A DNA stretch of 64,000 bases from Bispira polyomma (taxonomy: Eukaryota): positions 99,510,001 through 99,574,000 of the forward strand of contig OZ287751.1 in assembly GCA_965649765.1 (NCBI GenBank), written 5' to 3'. Both the position numbers and the translations under genes were made by a program. Under the pieces are notes generated by a model that was given only the letters and a program-made list of their open reading frames with translations, searched no databases and was not told the DNA's origin. How positions within the stretch are numbered: the first letter of the stretch is position 1; every line of letters begins with the position of its first letter. Shown here in pieces: positions 1-11,706 of the stretch.

Positions 1-1162
1 CCCGACCTCCCCATACGTGTCCCCGACCTCAAAATCGGGAAGGTCGGGGAGCAAAGGTCAAAGTGAAGGTCAGATTTCAGGTTAAGTTTTTTTTTAAAGT
101 TAAGGTTAGGTTTTTCAAGTTTAGTTTGCAATAACAAGTGGTAGTAAAAGATGTGTTTGAGGTATTTATTTTACATGATAGTATTTATCTATAACCTAAA
201 AAGGTAAAACATTTCATAAAAGCTTAAAAATTTGTAAGACAAATAGAACTTTTAATGCCAGAACAGGCAACATACAATAACCAAGGACTAGCCCATAATT
301 GCAAAGACTAACCACATAAAACAAATCATCATACAAAATAAAATAATCTTCAATACTCGAATAGGTACCTAACCTATCATGAAACCATCAGTGTTATTTT
401 ACAACATTATTTTACAACATCTCTTACATTTTTACTAAAAGTTACAATAAAATATAATATTTTTTATGCACACAGGTTTACTTCCTGTTTGTATAAATAC
501 GCCATAATCAAATTCTTCTTTTCTTAAATTTTTGCTGCAGGGAACTCTAAACTCGTGACACCAATTCGCCTGCAGAAGTCCCAGCTCTCAGTGTCCCTAT
601 TCCATCCTGGCAACCCATTGGCTTGCCCAGGAGGGAGTTTAAGACGGTGGGACCTCCACATGGTCCAAATAATTTCAGCTTTTCTTTAAACAAAGAGAGG
701 TGGATGATAAAATTTCGAGTTACCTCCTTGTTTGCACTTCACCATTCAATTCAGTAATACTTATTACTGGTATGACCTAGATCTCATGCTTTCTTAAACA
801 TAAATCATCCATAAATGATCTGTAATTATAGGATATATTACCCATAAATGTTACATAAACATAAGAAATTTGAGCAAAAAAAAACCTTTAAAGTAAAATT
901 TGCCTTGGCTGTGGTAAAAGAGATGTGGAGGGATTCACTAAACTTTTCCAGCTGTTCTCTGGTCAGTGCTGAAATTCAATATGGTGCCCACAAAAGACAA
1001 ATGTAAAACTTAGGGGTTCAAACGCTGTGATTGGTCAAGGCCTTTGATAGACAGAAGAAACCACTAGCAGTAGATGTGGTTATTTTTATTTTTAAGCTAG
1101 TATGTAAAATTTTTAGAATTTAGTGAGAACTGAATCAACTGTCCTCTAAAGTGCACTGCTAG

Positions 1163-1292
1163 TTATTCTGTCCCATCGTGTAATATGCGGATTTTACTGA
1201 TGGTATGCAATGGGACAAATGGAGTTGTTTCTGTCCTATCGTGCAATATGTTGATTTTACTGATAGTATACAATGGGACGGATGAAGTGGTT
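1163..1292. repeat. ~63-bp tandem repeat (2 units), each with an internal GTCCCA...TGGGAC-type inverted repeat
   Basis: TTCTGTCC(C/T)ATCGTG..ATATG..GATTTTACTGAT.GTAT.CAATGGGAC occurs twice. Confidence 0.8.
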
Positions 1293-1978
1293 TACTGTAC
1301 CAAATCATTGTAAATGAGTAATGGCATACCTACCTAAAGCGCAACTTTCTGTCAAATAATTTAAAAATTGATTATTCATTAATGTTAATACTTAGGATCG
1401 GCAATAAAAAAAGGTGAACAGCTAATAATCTATATCAATAGAATATTCTGGGATACAACAAATGAAGTGTGCCTATAAGTATGCCAGTCCAAATTTACAA
1501 TGGTTTGAAAAAGGAAACAACTCTGTCAGTGCATCAGACGATCTGACAGATACTTGGTCTACCTTTTATTATGTGCTGAACATTAAATGTAATGTGATAG
1601 TTTTGAACAGCCTTTATAATTTGGACACATGTGTCACTATATTTCAGAGCAATGAACATATAAAGAAAAATTGATATAATCAATTATCAATATAACAAAA
1701 TTATGTTACATTTTACTTATATGTTAATTTTACATATGTATAAAAATTTAAAATTGCTATTTACTAAATTGCTGAAGAGTAATAAGTCTTTGATATTATC
1801 CAGATTGATTTTATCTTTAAGAATTAATAAATCATAGTTATTTATATTTGACATATATATTTTGATTGTATTGTAATTATGACAACCTTTTTGGTTTAAA
1901 AGATGTTTGTTCAACTCATAATTTTGACGTATAACATACATACTATTACTTAGACATGTACCAATACCCTCCATTGCC

Positions 1979-2246
1979 GGGGGGCCGAGGTGGCCTAGTG
2001 GTTACCAAGCATTGCGCTTCACAATCACTGGTCTTTCACCTCTGGGCGGCGTGAGTTTAAATTCCGTCTATGCCTATGTGGGAAAGGTGGTAGTTCCTTA
2101 CTGTGGGCCACTGGTTTCAGTGCAGAACCTTGATCAACTGTATGCAGTGTTTCCTCCAGCGTTTCTAACTACCCGTCCCAATATAACCTAAACAGGTACT
2201 AGAGTAGACATTAAATATCCAAATTAAAAAAAAAACAAAAAAAAAC
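1979..2246 (+). mobile_element. tRNA-derived SINE with target-site duplication
   Basis: A-box-like GTGGCCTAGTGG, B-box-like GAGTTTAAATTCC, A-rich tail; 12-bp TSD CCCTCCATTGCC at 1967-1978 and 2247-2258. Confidence 0.92.
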
Positions 2247-3039
2247 CCCTCCATTGCCAAGTTACAACACAGCTTCAAAACAGAATTACTGCTATTTAAT
2301 ATACCATTACCAAATTTAATAACACCTTTATGCAGATACAAATCAGCAGGCAAGTCTCCAACAATGACTGGTATATATTTACAATAGATAGAACTTTATT
2401 TCAGACACAATGTCTTTTATATAACAGATTTAACAATCTTCTGACGCATGTTCTACATGTTTTAAAGAACATATTCATTTTTCTTTTAACTAATCTCAAA
2501 AGTCACAGCTATATAGGCCTTGCCATATGTTTTAAATAATTTATATTTTACATTACTTTTTAGATGTCTGAATCGAAATAACCACTATTCCAAATTATGA
2601 AAATATTATGACAACATATGTGTGGGATTGTAATTGAAGTTTATAATAATTAAATTTATTTCAAATTTACTGTTATTGATTTGGTAATGTTATGAATTTC
2701 TATTCTATATTTTGTAACTGTCACGAGGTACCTCAAGTAATCATTTAAGTTGCATTTGCAAGAGATTTGATGGCCATGTATTTGGACTGCATCTGCTACG
2801 AAACCTCTCCTAGATTTCTGCATTAAAGTAAACTGTACAAGTCTATCACTTGCAAGTTCTGACTAATCACTCCCTTTTTGTACTTGTAGGATATGGGACC
2901 ACTGTAGTCAAACTGACCCCCAGAAAATACAGCGGGGATTTTACAAGACATCCTACTACCAGAAGTGATCATCTTTATTGAGTCTTTACTGTGGTCTCTT
3001 TATACGAGTGTCACTGGACATTGATATAAACTGGCCATT

Positions 3040-3345
3040 GTATTTTAACTTGCCCCTTAATGATTCGAGGAATCTTCTAGAGCTTAACAAGAGAATCACA
3101 TAACCAATTGAGAAGTCTAAAAACATCACGATTCATACAAAAGGAGGATGGGGTGTTCAGGGAGGGAACTGAGGGGGGTAGATGAGTTTGAAGACATATA
3201 TTTAAGGCTTTTCTTCCAGAATCTAGTGATCTAAGCTCAACTGGGAGACTATTCCATTACACACGGGAGCAATTGAGAAAGCTCTAGAGCAAGGCCTCTT
3301 GGTGGGTTTAACAGAGGAAACAGGTGCTAGTTATTTTAAAACCTC
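3040..3345 (-). mobile_element. L2-type LINE 3' end fragment
   Basis: RAFSIAP..WNSLP..LR remnants; similar to 42170-42550. Confidence 0.65.
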
Positions 3346-4223
3346 CACAGTTTCTATTGCTTTAGTTTCACTAAGTATATTCCAATAGTATGCGCTGACA
3401 TGAAATCCACTTATAGTTGGGATGAAACACACACACAGAGGAATTTACAAACCAATTTCACTTTCCCTACTTTTTAAATACATCATAAAACTTCGGGGAG
3501 AAAAACGGGGCTTTCAATATTTGTGCACTTTTTTTTCTGCACAAATTCTCTGAAGTTTGTTTATCAGTATGAGACACAACTGACTCCAGGCCAGTTTTAC
3601 AAAAATGAATGAATTGTTATTCAAGAGTACAAGCAAAATAAAAAAAAATCAAACATCATCAGAGAAAATAAATCTTGATAATGACTATACATTTCTACAC
3701 TAATTGCCAAAAAAACACAAACTTTGAAACATAACGACACAAACTCTGTCAACAATTAATTATTTAACACTTTATTATCCATTAAAATAATGTATTTCAT
3801 TTTAACACATGGTTTTTGGCTAGGCTGTTATTTCAAAATAGGCCCCAGGTGATTTTAAGTTCCACTTCTGATGTTAGAATACCCCAGGTTTTTGGCATTA
3901 GTTTTGGAGTAGATTAAAATATTTTGGTATAGTTTGATTAAAGTTCGACTATTTTTAACTAATGAAAATATGGTTAAAAAAGGGGGTAACACAACAACCT
4001 TTTAAACAGTCTACAATCCAAAATCTAAAGAGCAGAAGCTCTGTTCTGCTAATGCCTAATCAAGTTCTGTCATGCGGTTTACATCATAAAATAGTGACAA
4101 CAAGATGAATAACACATTGGGGCATTTTTATTAATACATCATTACATATTAGTAACAATCACTAAGATGGTTAAAACTACCAGGTTAGTCTGTTAGCTAT
4201 ATACAACAAGTTCCTAAACCCAA

Positions 4224-5201
4224 TTACGTTGTAGTGATAGGTTTTTTGAAAACGCAGGCAACTGAGGCCACCTCTTCGGGTGTAGTTTCTAGATAGTGCC
4301 AAATTGCCTGACTCTTCCACCCCCCATGGGCCTGAATACTCTGCAACTGCAAATTTTTATTAAACACAAAGGAAGCACCCGAACGCCTAAAGGCATGAAA
4401 CCCATAATTTGTATATTCAATCTGCAATTTGTTCAATATAACAGCCAGAGCTTTTCTAACTTTGTATGCAGTAAGAGGTACCAGTGTTTTGCCTTTTGGT
4501 ATTACAAACAAGGGAGAATTACCTGTGATTTGAAAAACATTTATCAGTTTTTTGATTACACGAACAGGACACAAGGCTGAGTGTTGCAATTTAGGAATTT
4601 GCACTCTCTGCACTTTGTTTGAACCCTGCATGGCTTTTTGCCATTTGACCACCAAGTGAGCCCCTGGACCTGCAAATATGACATCATTTACAGTAAAGTG
4701 TCTAGTTATGTCAAACGAATACATTGAGTTTGGAACCATATTGGACAATCTGAAAAATCCATAATATGCTACCAAAAAGATAGCTCTATACACCACTCCA
4801 TTGTTAAGATCCCTGCAGGCCAATGATATGCTCTCAATGTCCTGTATACTAAAAACTCCTTTGATTTTAGGTGCATAAAGTGAATTGATAGCCACCGACT
4901 TAATAAATAACCCAATTTTCCAATGAGCGAAGTGTGTGGTTGACAACCCATACAAACAGAAGAAGTGCTTGATAGCCGAAACATAATTCTGCAACCCCTG
5001 TGTTGCATTACCCTGTAGCACCAAATATTCTAGGAACATTAGCAAGGCATGGAGGGATTTATAGGACACACGAAAATATATTGTGAAAGCAAGAAACAAA
5101 TTAAATTTGCCTTTAAAAGCACTGGCTGTACGTGGTCTTAAGGCACAATCTATTCTTGCATCTGCCCCTTGGAGTAGCTGATTGCCCATCTTAGTACCCA
5201 C
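4224..5201 (-). CDS. Tyrosine recombinase of element B
   Basis: Open 325 aa frame with FFRLSNM, KWQK, FHAFRRSGA, HGGW, WHY motifs. Confidence 0.92.
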   Translation of the reverse strand: MGTKMGNQLLQGADARIDCALRPRTASAFKGKFNLFLAFTIYFRVSYKSLHALLMFLEYLVLQGNATQGLQNYVSAIKHFFCLYGLSTTHFAHWKIGLFIKSVAINSLYAPKIKGVFSIQDIESISLACRDLNNGVVYRAIFLVAYYGFFRLSNMVPNSMYSFDITRHFTVNDVIFAGPGAHLVVKWQKAMQGSNKVQRVQIPKLQHSALCPVRVIKKLINVFQITGNSPLFVIPKGKTLVPLTAYKVRKALAVILNKLQIEYTNYGFHAFRRSGASFVFNKNLQLQSIQAHGGWKSQAIWHYLETTPEEVASVACVFKKPITTT

Positions 5202-5205
5202 AATT

Positions 5206-6944
5206 TTAAATAGTAAAATCTGGCAAAAATGCGCTATGCTCTACAGGCCACCATGTGTACTGTTGCAACTCCTGAATTACTTCTTTATGAACTACTTTCC
5301 CAGAAAACCACCTAGAGAGGGCATCTGCATGACTATTTTCTTGACCATAAATATGCCTGTATTCTAGAGTTATGTCGTACTTCGCAGCCAGACCCCAGAT
5401 GGTCCTAGCACAAGCCATAAGAAAATCGTCCCACATACGACCCGAATTAAGCGCATGGACCACTGCCATGTTGTCGCACCATATGCGTACCTTCTTGTTG
5501 ACCCACAGCTTAGCCCAAATTCTGAAAGCTACCAATACATTTAGTATCTCAAAATGGACTATAGTAAGTCCCCCAGATGCTTCTGATGGGTAGGCAGCCG
5601 CATATACATTGTTTTGCCATTTAGCTCCAATACCTGTCAGAGAAGCATCAACATATACTTCTAGCTGTGGCTTTGCTGCATTTATGACCACCTTGCCATT
5701 GTAATCTTGTATAAAACTATTGAACCACCTGAGGTCCCTAAAGAAGGACTGTGTCAATTGAATTCTGCCAGGGCCCTTAATTCCCCTCAACAACTGCAAC
5801 TTTCGGTTTACAAACAACTTGGCCGGATGTATACATTTATGAAGATAAAACAACCTGCCCAATAGACTTTGTAATTCCCTTTTTGACGCCCTAGTTTTGG
5901 TTTTCCAATCATGACAGACCTGTCCAACTTATTCGGGTTAATAGGAAGACCCAGGTTTGTGAACAATTCCTGCAATTTTTTGTAAGCTTTATGTGCGTCT
6001 TGTGATGTCACAATACCGATTACGTCATTGATATAGTTCATTACACAGAAACCCTGTGATGTCATAGCATCACGCAGTACGTCCGTTACGCACTGGCATA
6101 AGGCACTTCCGGTTTTTAACCCGAATGTAATGCTTAAATCAACATAGGTTTTATCTTGATGCTTTATGCCCATGACGTCATAGTTACCCGGGTCTAATCG
6201 CAAATTTCTGAATGCCCTACTTATGTCAGTTTTGAAGAGACGCGCCTGAGGACCTAGTTCTGCAATTTTTTCTACAATGTTATCAATTGTTGGATATTTT
6301 AAACTGAAATGTTGGCCATCATACATATCATCACTAATAGCCGAGTTAACCAAATTTCCATGTGGCCAACTTAAATCAATGATAATGCGTCTGGATGCAT
6401 TTGGCTTAGGTCGAGAAAGCATGGGAGAGTAATGTAGCAACTCAAAAATGTTAGGATCACAAGGACCCACTATGGCTTTATGCTGTAACTCCTTGTTAAA
6501 GTAGACATTAACATCATCCGGGAACTGATCCGCCGAGAAGTGATTTTTTGAATCCCTATTATGGATAAAAGTACTCCTGTCTATTCCCAAAGGAAATCCA
6601 ACTTCCAGATAATTAATTAATGCAACATCCTCATGGTTACTTAGCAATGTTTTCCAATTATCTATGCAGAGATCAGAGGGGACAGGAATGCGCTCCTGCA
6701 TGTATTTAGGTTTACCACTACCCTTGACCATGCCATGAACCTTGGCCACCCAGTCATGCATTGAGTTGGCTGAGACTGTTTGTGTTATTCTCAAGTTAAC
6801 TTGCCTATAAATAGGGACAGAAATAAATCCAACGCTTCTATTAGAACATTTCATTATGTTTGAGTTACAATTGTTATGTTGACGGTCGTTTTGCAGACCT
6901 ATAACAGTTTGAGTTGTGGGAACTCCAATGGAATCAGCACTCAC
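5206..6944 (-). pseudogene. RT-RNase H of element B (disrupted)
   Basis: RRIIIDLSW, KTDISRAFR, catalytic motif reads YIND, frameshift/deletion near 5860-5925. RNase H motifs DASLTG, FEILN, CDNMAVV, ADALSR. Confidence 0.9.
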
Positions 6945-7876
6945 GGATCCCTGTATAACTTACTTTAGTGGCAGTTTGACACTACTGTTACTGATATCAT
7001 TGCCTTGCTTTAGCAAAGCTCTATCCTTGTAGCCAGTATCTTGAATTGTAAAATTTTTACAACACATATTCTCATCCTGACAGTTATGATTTTCAGTACA
7101 TTGTAGAACGAGTACATTATGACTATCTGGTTGTCCTTCCTGCCTAAAATCACTAAGATTGTCACTCTCATTAAGCATTTCATGCTGTGACTGACTACTA
7201 ACTACATAGCCACCAACTGTGTTATTTTGATTACATACACTTAAATGTTGTTTGTGTTTAAAATCTTTTTGTTCACTAAAAGATTCTGCAACCCGAGAAT
7301 TTAACTGCCTGTCATTACACAGAGCTGTGTGTGAAGGCAGGTTTTGTGACAGAAACAGCTGATTCTGATTTGCAATACGAATCCTTTATATGGTGAACAT
7401 GATTTTTATGACATCTCACTGGGTAATTTTTACAATGTATTTTGAGGGACGAACTCCCGCTGTGTTGAAGATCTACTGCTACCGAGCTGTCATTATTCCT
7501 GCCTGGATTAATATTTTTTAGCACTGAACATCTATCAGCTGATATGCAGTCATACTTCAACACACACGTAGTGCGTACTTTGGCCTCAAAACACTCTTTC
7601 TCTCCAATACTGGAGTGATACTCGTCGTCACATACAGAACCTCTGCACGTGGTTTACACATTGAACATTATTAACACTGTCACACAAATCTACAGATACA
7701 GGTTCACTCCAAGGGGTGTGATGAGTGCCCAGCACTCGAGTTCCATTAGACACATGTTTAGAAACATTAAAATTAGTTTTTTTACTACTAAAATTGTCTT
7801 TGTAGAAGGCAACGCCATAGTGTTGGTGGTTTCAGTTCGGGGTACCAGTCTTTTGTCACGCTTGATTGCGTTTCCC

Positions 7877-7884
7877 TATATAAA
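7877..7884 (+). promoter_or_regulatory. Putative TATA box of element A
   Basis: TATATAAA ~45 nt inside the left terminus; copy G has CATATAAG at a similar offset. Confidence 0.35.
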
Positions 7885-8052
7885 TCAATAAAATTTCAAA
7901 TCTCTTTCTTTACACCAACCGTCAGCAGAGGAACAACATTGAATTAATACTGGAGATTTGTGGCAGAGAGTCTTGGTTTTGTTTTAATATACTTGTTTAC
8001 ATTTGTTTATATTCGTTTTAGTATTTTAGTGTAACTGTAACTGTTTCTCACA

Positions 8053-9120
8053 ATGCCACGAGTAAAAGTGTATGGTTGTTCCAAATGCATGGAAAGGCAT
8101 GCCAGACCAGTCGGTACCAAATGTAGTCGTGTGTTAAATGAGTCCATTTCCGAGGACGAGCTAGTTGATGGGGCGGATTCCGTCGCTCCCAGTGGTCTGG
8201 CGGAGGTTTCCAGTAAAATTTTACTGCAATTACAGAGCATGGGTGACATGATGAGTCGGCTTGATAAGCATGTTCTCCTCACTGAAGCGGCTTTGGTGAA
8301 GGATTCACCCAACAATTGTAATGGGAGAGATAAAAATTCTGTTCAAAGTACCTGTGAAAATCCCAATGCTGACGGCTCGAACACTGACGCAACTGTAGGG
8401 AGTGGACATACGGATCAAATCAGTGCTGTCAGTGTGGACAGTGTGGTCCCGACTATTGAGTTTCTGCGAACAAACACCAGTATCCAAAGTCAGGTCGAGC
8501 AACGTCTTAGTGAACTTAAGGAGCTAAACGAGAATCCGAAAAAAGGTAAGATCAAATCACAAAGAGGGGGTGGCGTTGATGTTTTAGTGAAAAGAGTGGT
8601 CGAATGGCCCCAGAATCACGTGTTGTCCGGAAACTTTAAAACGCGACCCAGTTATGACGATCTTTCTCTTAGTCAATGGGTATGTGGGTTTACCCGCATT
8701 ATTCAAGATGAAAAAAAATCGGAAATAAAAGAGATTATGTTGGATTACATGGCGGGCTTAATGGAGGACTCCCAGGATTTTTCCTGGGAGGCCGCCAAAG
8801 CCTGCCATGCCGTGGTGTTAACCACCATGGAAATGGATAAATTGAAATGGACAGAGGTCGAGAAATTAGATAGGTTTCGTCGCGCCCATGCCCAGAGGCA
8901 TGTATCAAGCAGTGGTAGCAGCAGTACTTTCACGAGGGGTGGGAGTAAAAGTACAGGCATGGGGAGGCAGGGCTCGGCCAATTGCAAATTTTATCAGGAA
9001 GGTTCCTGCAAATTTCAGTCTAGCCACAAGAGTGGAAATACCTTCTTTAAACATGTTTGCGAAACATGTGCTGGGGCGCACAGGAGTGCTAATTGTACCA
9101 AAAAACAGTCAAAAAACTGA
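8053..9120 (+). CDS. Gag-like protein of element A
   Basis: 355 aa ORF. N-terminal CxxC..H..PVG..C motif and C-terminal Cys/His cluster (CKFYQEGSC..H..HVCETC..H....C). Homologous to decayed ORFs in B, C, F and G (KIKSQRGG, WPQ, DFSWEAAKACH). Confidence 0.85.
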   Translation: MPRVKVYGCSKCMERHARPVGTKCSRVLNESISEDELVDGADSVAPSGLAEVSSKILLQLQSMGDMMSRLDKHVLLTEAALVKDSPNNCNGRDKNSVQSTCENPNADGSNTDATVGSGHTDQISAVSVDSVVPTIEFLRTNTSIQSQVEQRLSELKELNENPKKGKIKSQRGGGVDVLVKRVVEWPQNHVLSGNFKTRPSYDDLSLSQWVCGFTRIIQDEKKSEIKEIMLDYMAGLMEDSQDFSWEAAKACHAVVLTTMEMDKLKWTEVEKLDRFRRAHAQRHVSSSGSSSTFTRGGSKSTGMGRQGSANCKFYQEGSCKFQSSHKSGNTFFKHVCETCAGAHRSANCTKKQSKN

Positions 9121-9211
9121 GAGCCCACTGCAGCAATGCAATGGGCGATAGTAGAAATTTCAAACGGGTTTCCAGGATTTTCAACTGTTAGACACCAATA
9201 CTGCTAGACAA

Positions 9212-9916
9212 ATGTGTCAATACTATCGTGGTAAGAAGTATAACCAGAGTTATAGTGACATAGTAAAGCGATCTGAATGCAGGCAAGCATCTGAGGCGAG
9301 TTCTACTTGTAGTAAAATTGCCAATGTCGTTCGGTACGTTAAAAGTCGCACCTTCACTAGACAAAAGAGTCATAGTGACATAGTAAAGCGATCTGAATGT
9401 AGACAGGCATCTGAGGCTAGTCCTACTGGTGGTAAAATTGGAAATTTCGTTCAACACAGTAACAGTCGCACCTTTACTAGACAAAAGAGTTATAACCTCC
9501 ATAGGGTGGGGTCCGGGCCAGATCCCCACAGTACTACCCCCCACAAGGGCAATACTAGTGGGGGGAGGAAAAGCACTGGGGAGGGCGAGGCTGGGCTCTC
9601 ACTTACAAAGCCAACAAAGGGGCATGGAGGAGTGCGTCTTAATAAAAACAATCAAATAAAGTTACAGAACAAATTTGCTGTGCTTATGTCTCCTGGCTCG
9701 ATGGAAGTACGTGTGAATGGCGTGGGACAGCAGGTGTCATGTTCTGGTAATAAAGGTGTTATGCACTCACGTATGAATGCGACAAAAACGAGAGAAGGAA
9801 AAACAAATAGTAGCGAACATAGTAGTATTAGGCAGGCCACTGTGTCCAATGTGTCACTGTGGCTCGTGGGGGTACTGACAACCATATGGTTAATGACAAA
9901 TATGCCCTGGCCCTGA
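9212..9916 (+). CDS. Low-complexity basic linker ORF between gag and RT (probably the N-terminal part of Pol)
   Basis: 234 aa, frame open from 9155. SYSDIV and NKFAVL motifs parallel TYAQVV and NRFTPL in the same-position ORF of copy C (24147-24686). Confidence 0.55.
   Translation: MCQYYRGKKYNQSYSDIVKRSECRQASEASSTCSKIANVVRYVKSRTFTRQKSHSDIVKRSECRQASEASPTGGKIGNFVQHSNSRTFTRQKSYNLHRVGSGPDPHSTTPHKGNTSGGRKSTGEGEAGLSLTKPTKGHGGVRLNKNNQIKLQNKFAVLMSPGSMEVRVNGVGQQVSCSGNKGVMHSRMNATKTREGKTNSSEHSSIRQATVSNVSLWLVGVLTTIWLMTNMPWP
9246..9495 (+). repeat. 120-bp in-frame tandem duplication (~2.1 units)
   Basis: AGAGT(T/C)ATAGTGACATAGTAAAGCG at 9246 and 9366, partial third copy at 9486. Encodes the 40-aa repeat SxSDIVKRSECRQASEAS...SRTFTRQK. 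Confidence 0.9.
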
Positions 9917-11706
9917 AGCAAAAAATTAACAAGAAAGAACTTTTGAGTAAAGCCAAGGGCAATTTCACTCACTGCAAATGGCGTAGCCAGAATAGGGTTG
10001 AATACGGTTTTACTCCCCTGTCCGACTTGTGCTGTAGGGTTTGGGATAGGGGAGCCGAAAATTACAGTGCTGACATTTTAAAATTGCATCAAGTACTAAG
10101 AGAGGATGGGAGACAAAATTTTAAGGGACTGCAGCTACCCGTTAAGTCGCAACTAAATCCGGAAAAGTGGTTTCAATACTTGAAATCTTATTGGGATTGG
10201 CAGCTTCCCTTATTGGTCAAGTACGGCTTCCCCCTCGATGTGAGGCGCGAAAATATTACTCAATCAGACGTCAGTAATCATAAGTCGGCTCTAGAGTTCC
10301 CAGAGCACGTTGACACGTATTTAAAGGAGGAGTTGAAATATGATGCTATTCTGGGCCCTTTTAAGGATCCCCCTATACGAAACATGCATTTTTCTCCCAT
10401 GATGACCCGTAATAAATCCAGCTCCAGTAATAGGCGTGTCATTGTGGACCTTAGCTGGCCAATTGGTGAATCAGTGAATGCAGGGGCTTCTCCCGCTGAG
10501 TATCTTGGCACAAAATTTTTACTGTCTTATCCGTCAGTGGATAGTCTTACTAATAAAGTGCAGAAACTAGGCAAAGGTTGCAAGATATTTAAGGCCGACA
10601 TCAGTCGCGCATTCAGGCACGTGCCGATTGATCCGGGGGATATTGATCTGTTGGGCTTAAAATGGAATTCTTACTATCTGGATAGGGCTCTCCCGTTCGG
10701 GTTCCGGAACGGATCCACTATTTTTCAGCGAATTTCTGACGCCGTAAGATATATCATGCTTCAGGAAGGCTGGCATATACACGCATACATCGATGATTTT
10801 TTATGTGTTGCCCTCCCAAGTAAAATTACAGATATATATAACAGGCTTCAGGCCTTGCTCAATGAATTGGGTCTTACTGTTAGCCCTAAGAAATTAGTGC
10901 CCCCGAGCACTGAAGTAGTATGTCTTGGTATTTTAATTAATACTGTGGATTTTACCACGTCTGTTCCAAGTGAAAAAATGTCTGAGATTAAAGACTTATG
11001 TAAAATATGGCGCACTAAAGAGAATTGCACTAAGAGAGAGTTGCAGTCATTACTTGGCTCCCTTCTGTATATTTCAAAATGCATTCGATATGCCAGAGTG
11101 TATCTCAATAGAATGTTGCAACTGCTCAGAGATAATCATACCAGAAAAAGGTTTACACTGACAAATGACTTTAAGAGGGATCTTAACTGGTTTTGTACCT
11201 TCATGCAGCAATTTAATGGCACAAGTTTCTTTGTTCACAGGCCTATCGATGCTCAGGTAGAGCTAGACGCGTGTTTAACTGGGATGGGCGGAATTTATGC
11301 TGGCCAGGTATATAAGTTATCTGTTCCAAAAGAAATGGCAAACCATAATATTGCTTCGTTGGAAATGATTAACATTCTAGTAGCACTCAAATTGTGGGTG
11401 AAACTGTGGCAAGGAAAGAGGGTACTATTTAAATGTGATAACCAGGCCGTGGTCAGTGTGTTAAACAGTGGTCGGACTCAGGACCCCATTTTGGCAACTT
11501 ATACTCGAAACATTTACTTGTGGGCCAGCCGATTTGATATCGACGTGAAGGTCATACATATTCTTGGGGTTAAGAATAAGGTCGCAGACCTCCTGTCCAG
11601 ATGGGACAGAACGAAATTGAATGCACAATTGCTGCATGAATGGGCGGGCCCAGTGGTGTGGCTTCCCACTAGTGAAGCCTTGTTACAGGTAATTACGGAT
11701 ATCTAA
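9859..11706 (+). CDS. Reverse transcriptase-RNase H of element A
   Basis: 615 aa. RT motifs RRVIVDLS, KADISRAFR, LPFG, YIDD (10786-10797), CLG. RNase H motifs LDAC, LEMIN, CDNQAVV, NKVADLLSR. No methyltransferase domain after RNase H. Confidence 0.95.
   Translation: MARGGTDNHMVNDKYALALKQKINKKELLSKAKGNFTHCKWRSQNRVEYGFTPLSDLCCRVWDRGAENYSADILKLHQVLREDGRQNFKGLQLPVKSQLNPEKWFQYLKSYWDWQLPLLVKYGFPLDVRRENITQSDVSNHKSALEFPEHVDTYLKEELKYDAILGPFKDPPIRNMHFSPMMTRNKSSSSNRRVIVDLSWPIGESVNAGASPAEYLGTKFLLSYPSVDSLTNKVQKLGKGCKIFKADISRAFRHVPIDPGDIDLLGLKWNSYYLDRALPFGFRNGSTIFQRISDAVRYIMLQEGWHIHAYIDDFLCVALPSKITDIYNRLQALLNELGLTVSPKKLVPPSTEVVCLGILINTVDFTTSVPSEKMSEIKDLCKIWRTKENCTKRELQSLLGSLLYISKCIRYARVYLNRMLQLLRDNHTRKRFTLTNDFKRDLNWFCTFMQQFNGTSFFVHRPIDAQVELDACLTGMGGIYAGQVYKLSVPKEMANHNIASLEMINILVALKLWVKLWQGKRVLFKCDNQAVVSVLNSGRTQDPILATYTRNIYLWASRFDIDVKVIHILGVKNKVADLLSRWDRTKLNAQLLHEWAGPVVWLPTSEALLQVITDI

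Noticed and set aside
1-130. Hairpin CCCCGACCT...AGGTCGGGG and GGTTA-rich tract at the window start
   Set aside because: Probably part of a MITE/Helitron-like repeat, but truncated by the window edge and not classifiable.
1979-2070. tRNA gene
   Set aside because: Degenerate B box, long unrelated body, A-tail, TSD and three dispersed copies indicate a SINE.
1462-2539. Short ORFs in AT-rich or SINE sequence (also 33606-34360, 40761-41231, 45058-46770, 61370-63815)
   Set aside because: No recognisable domains; lengths are consistent with chance.
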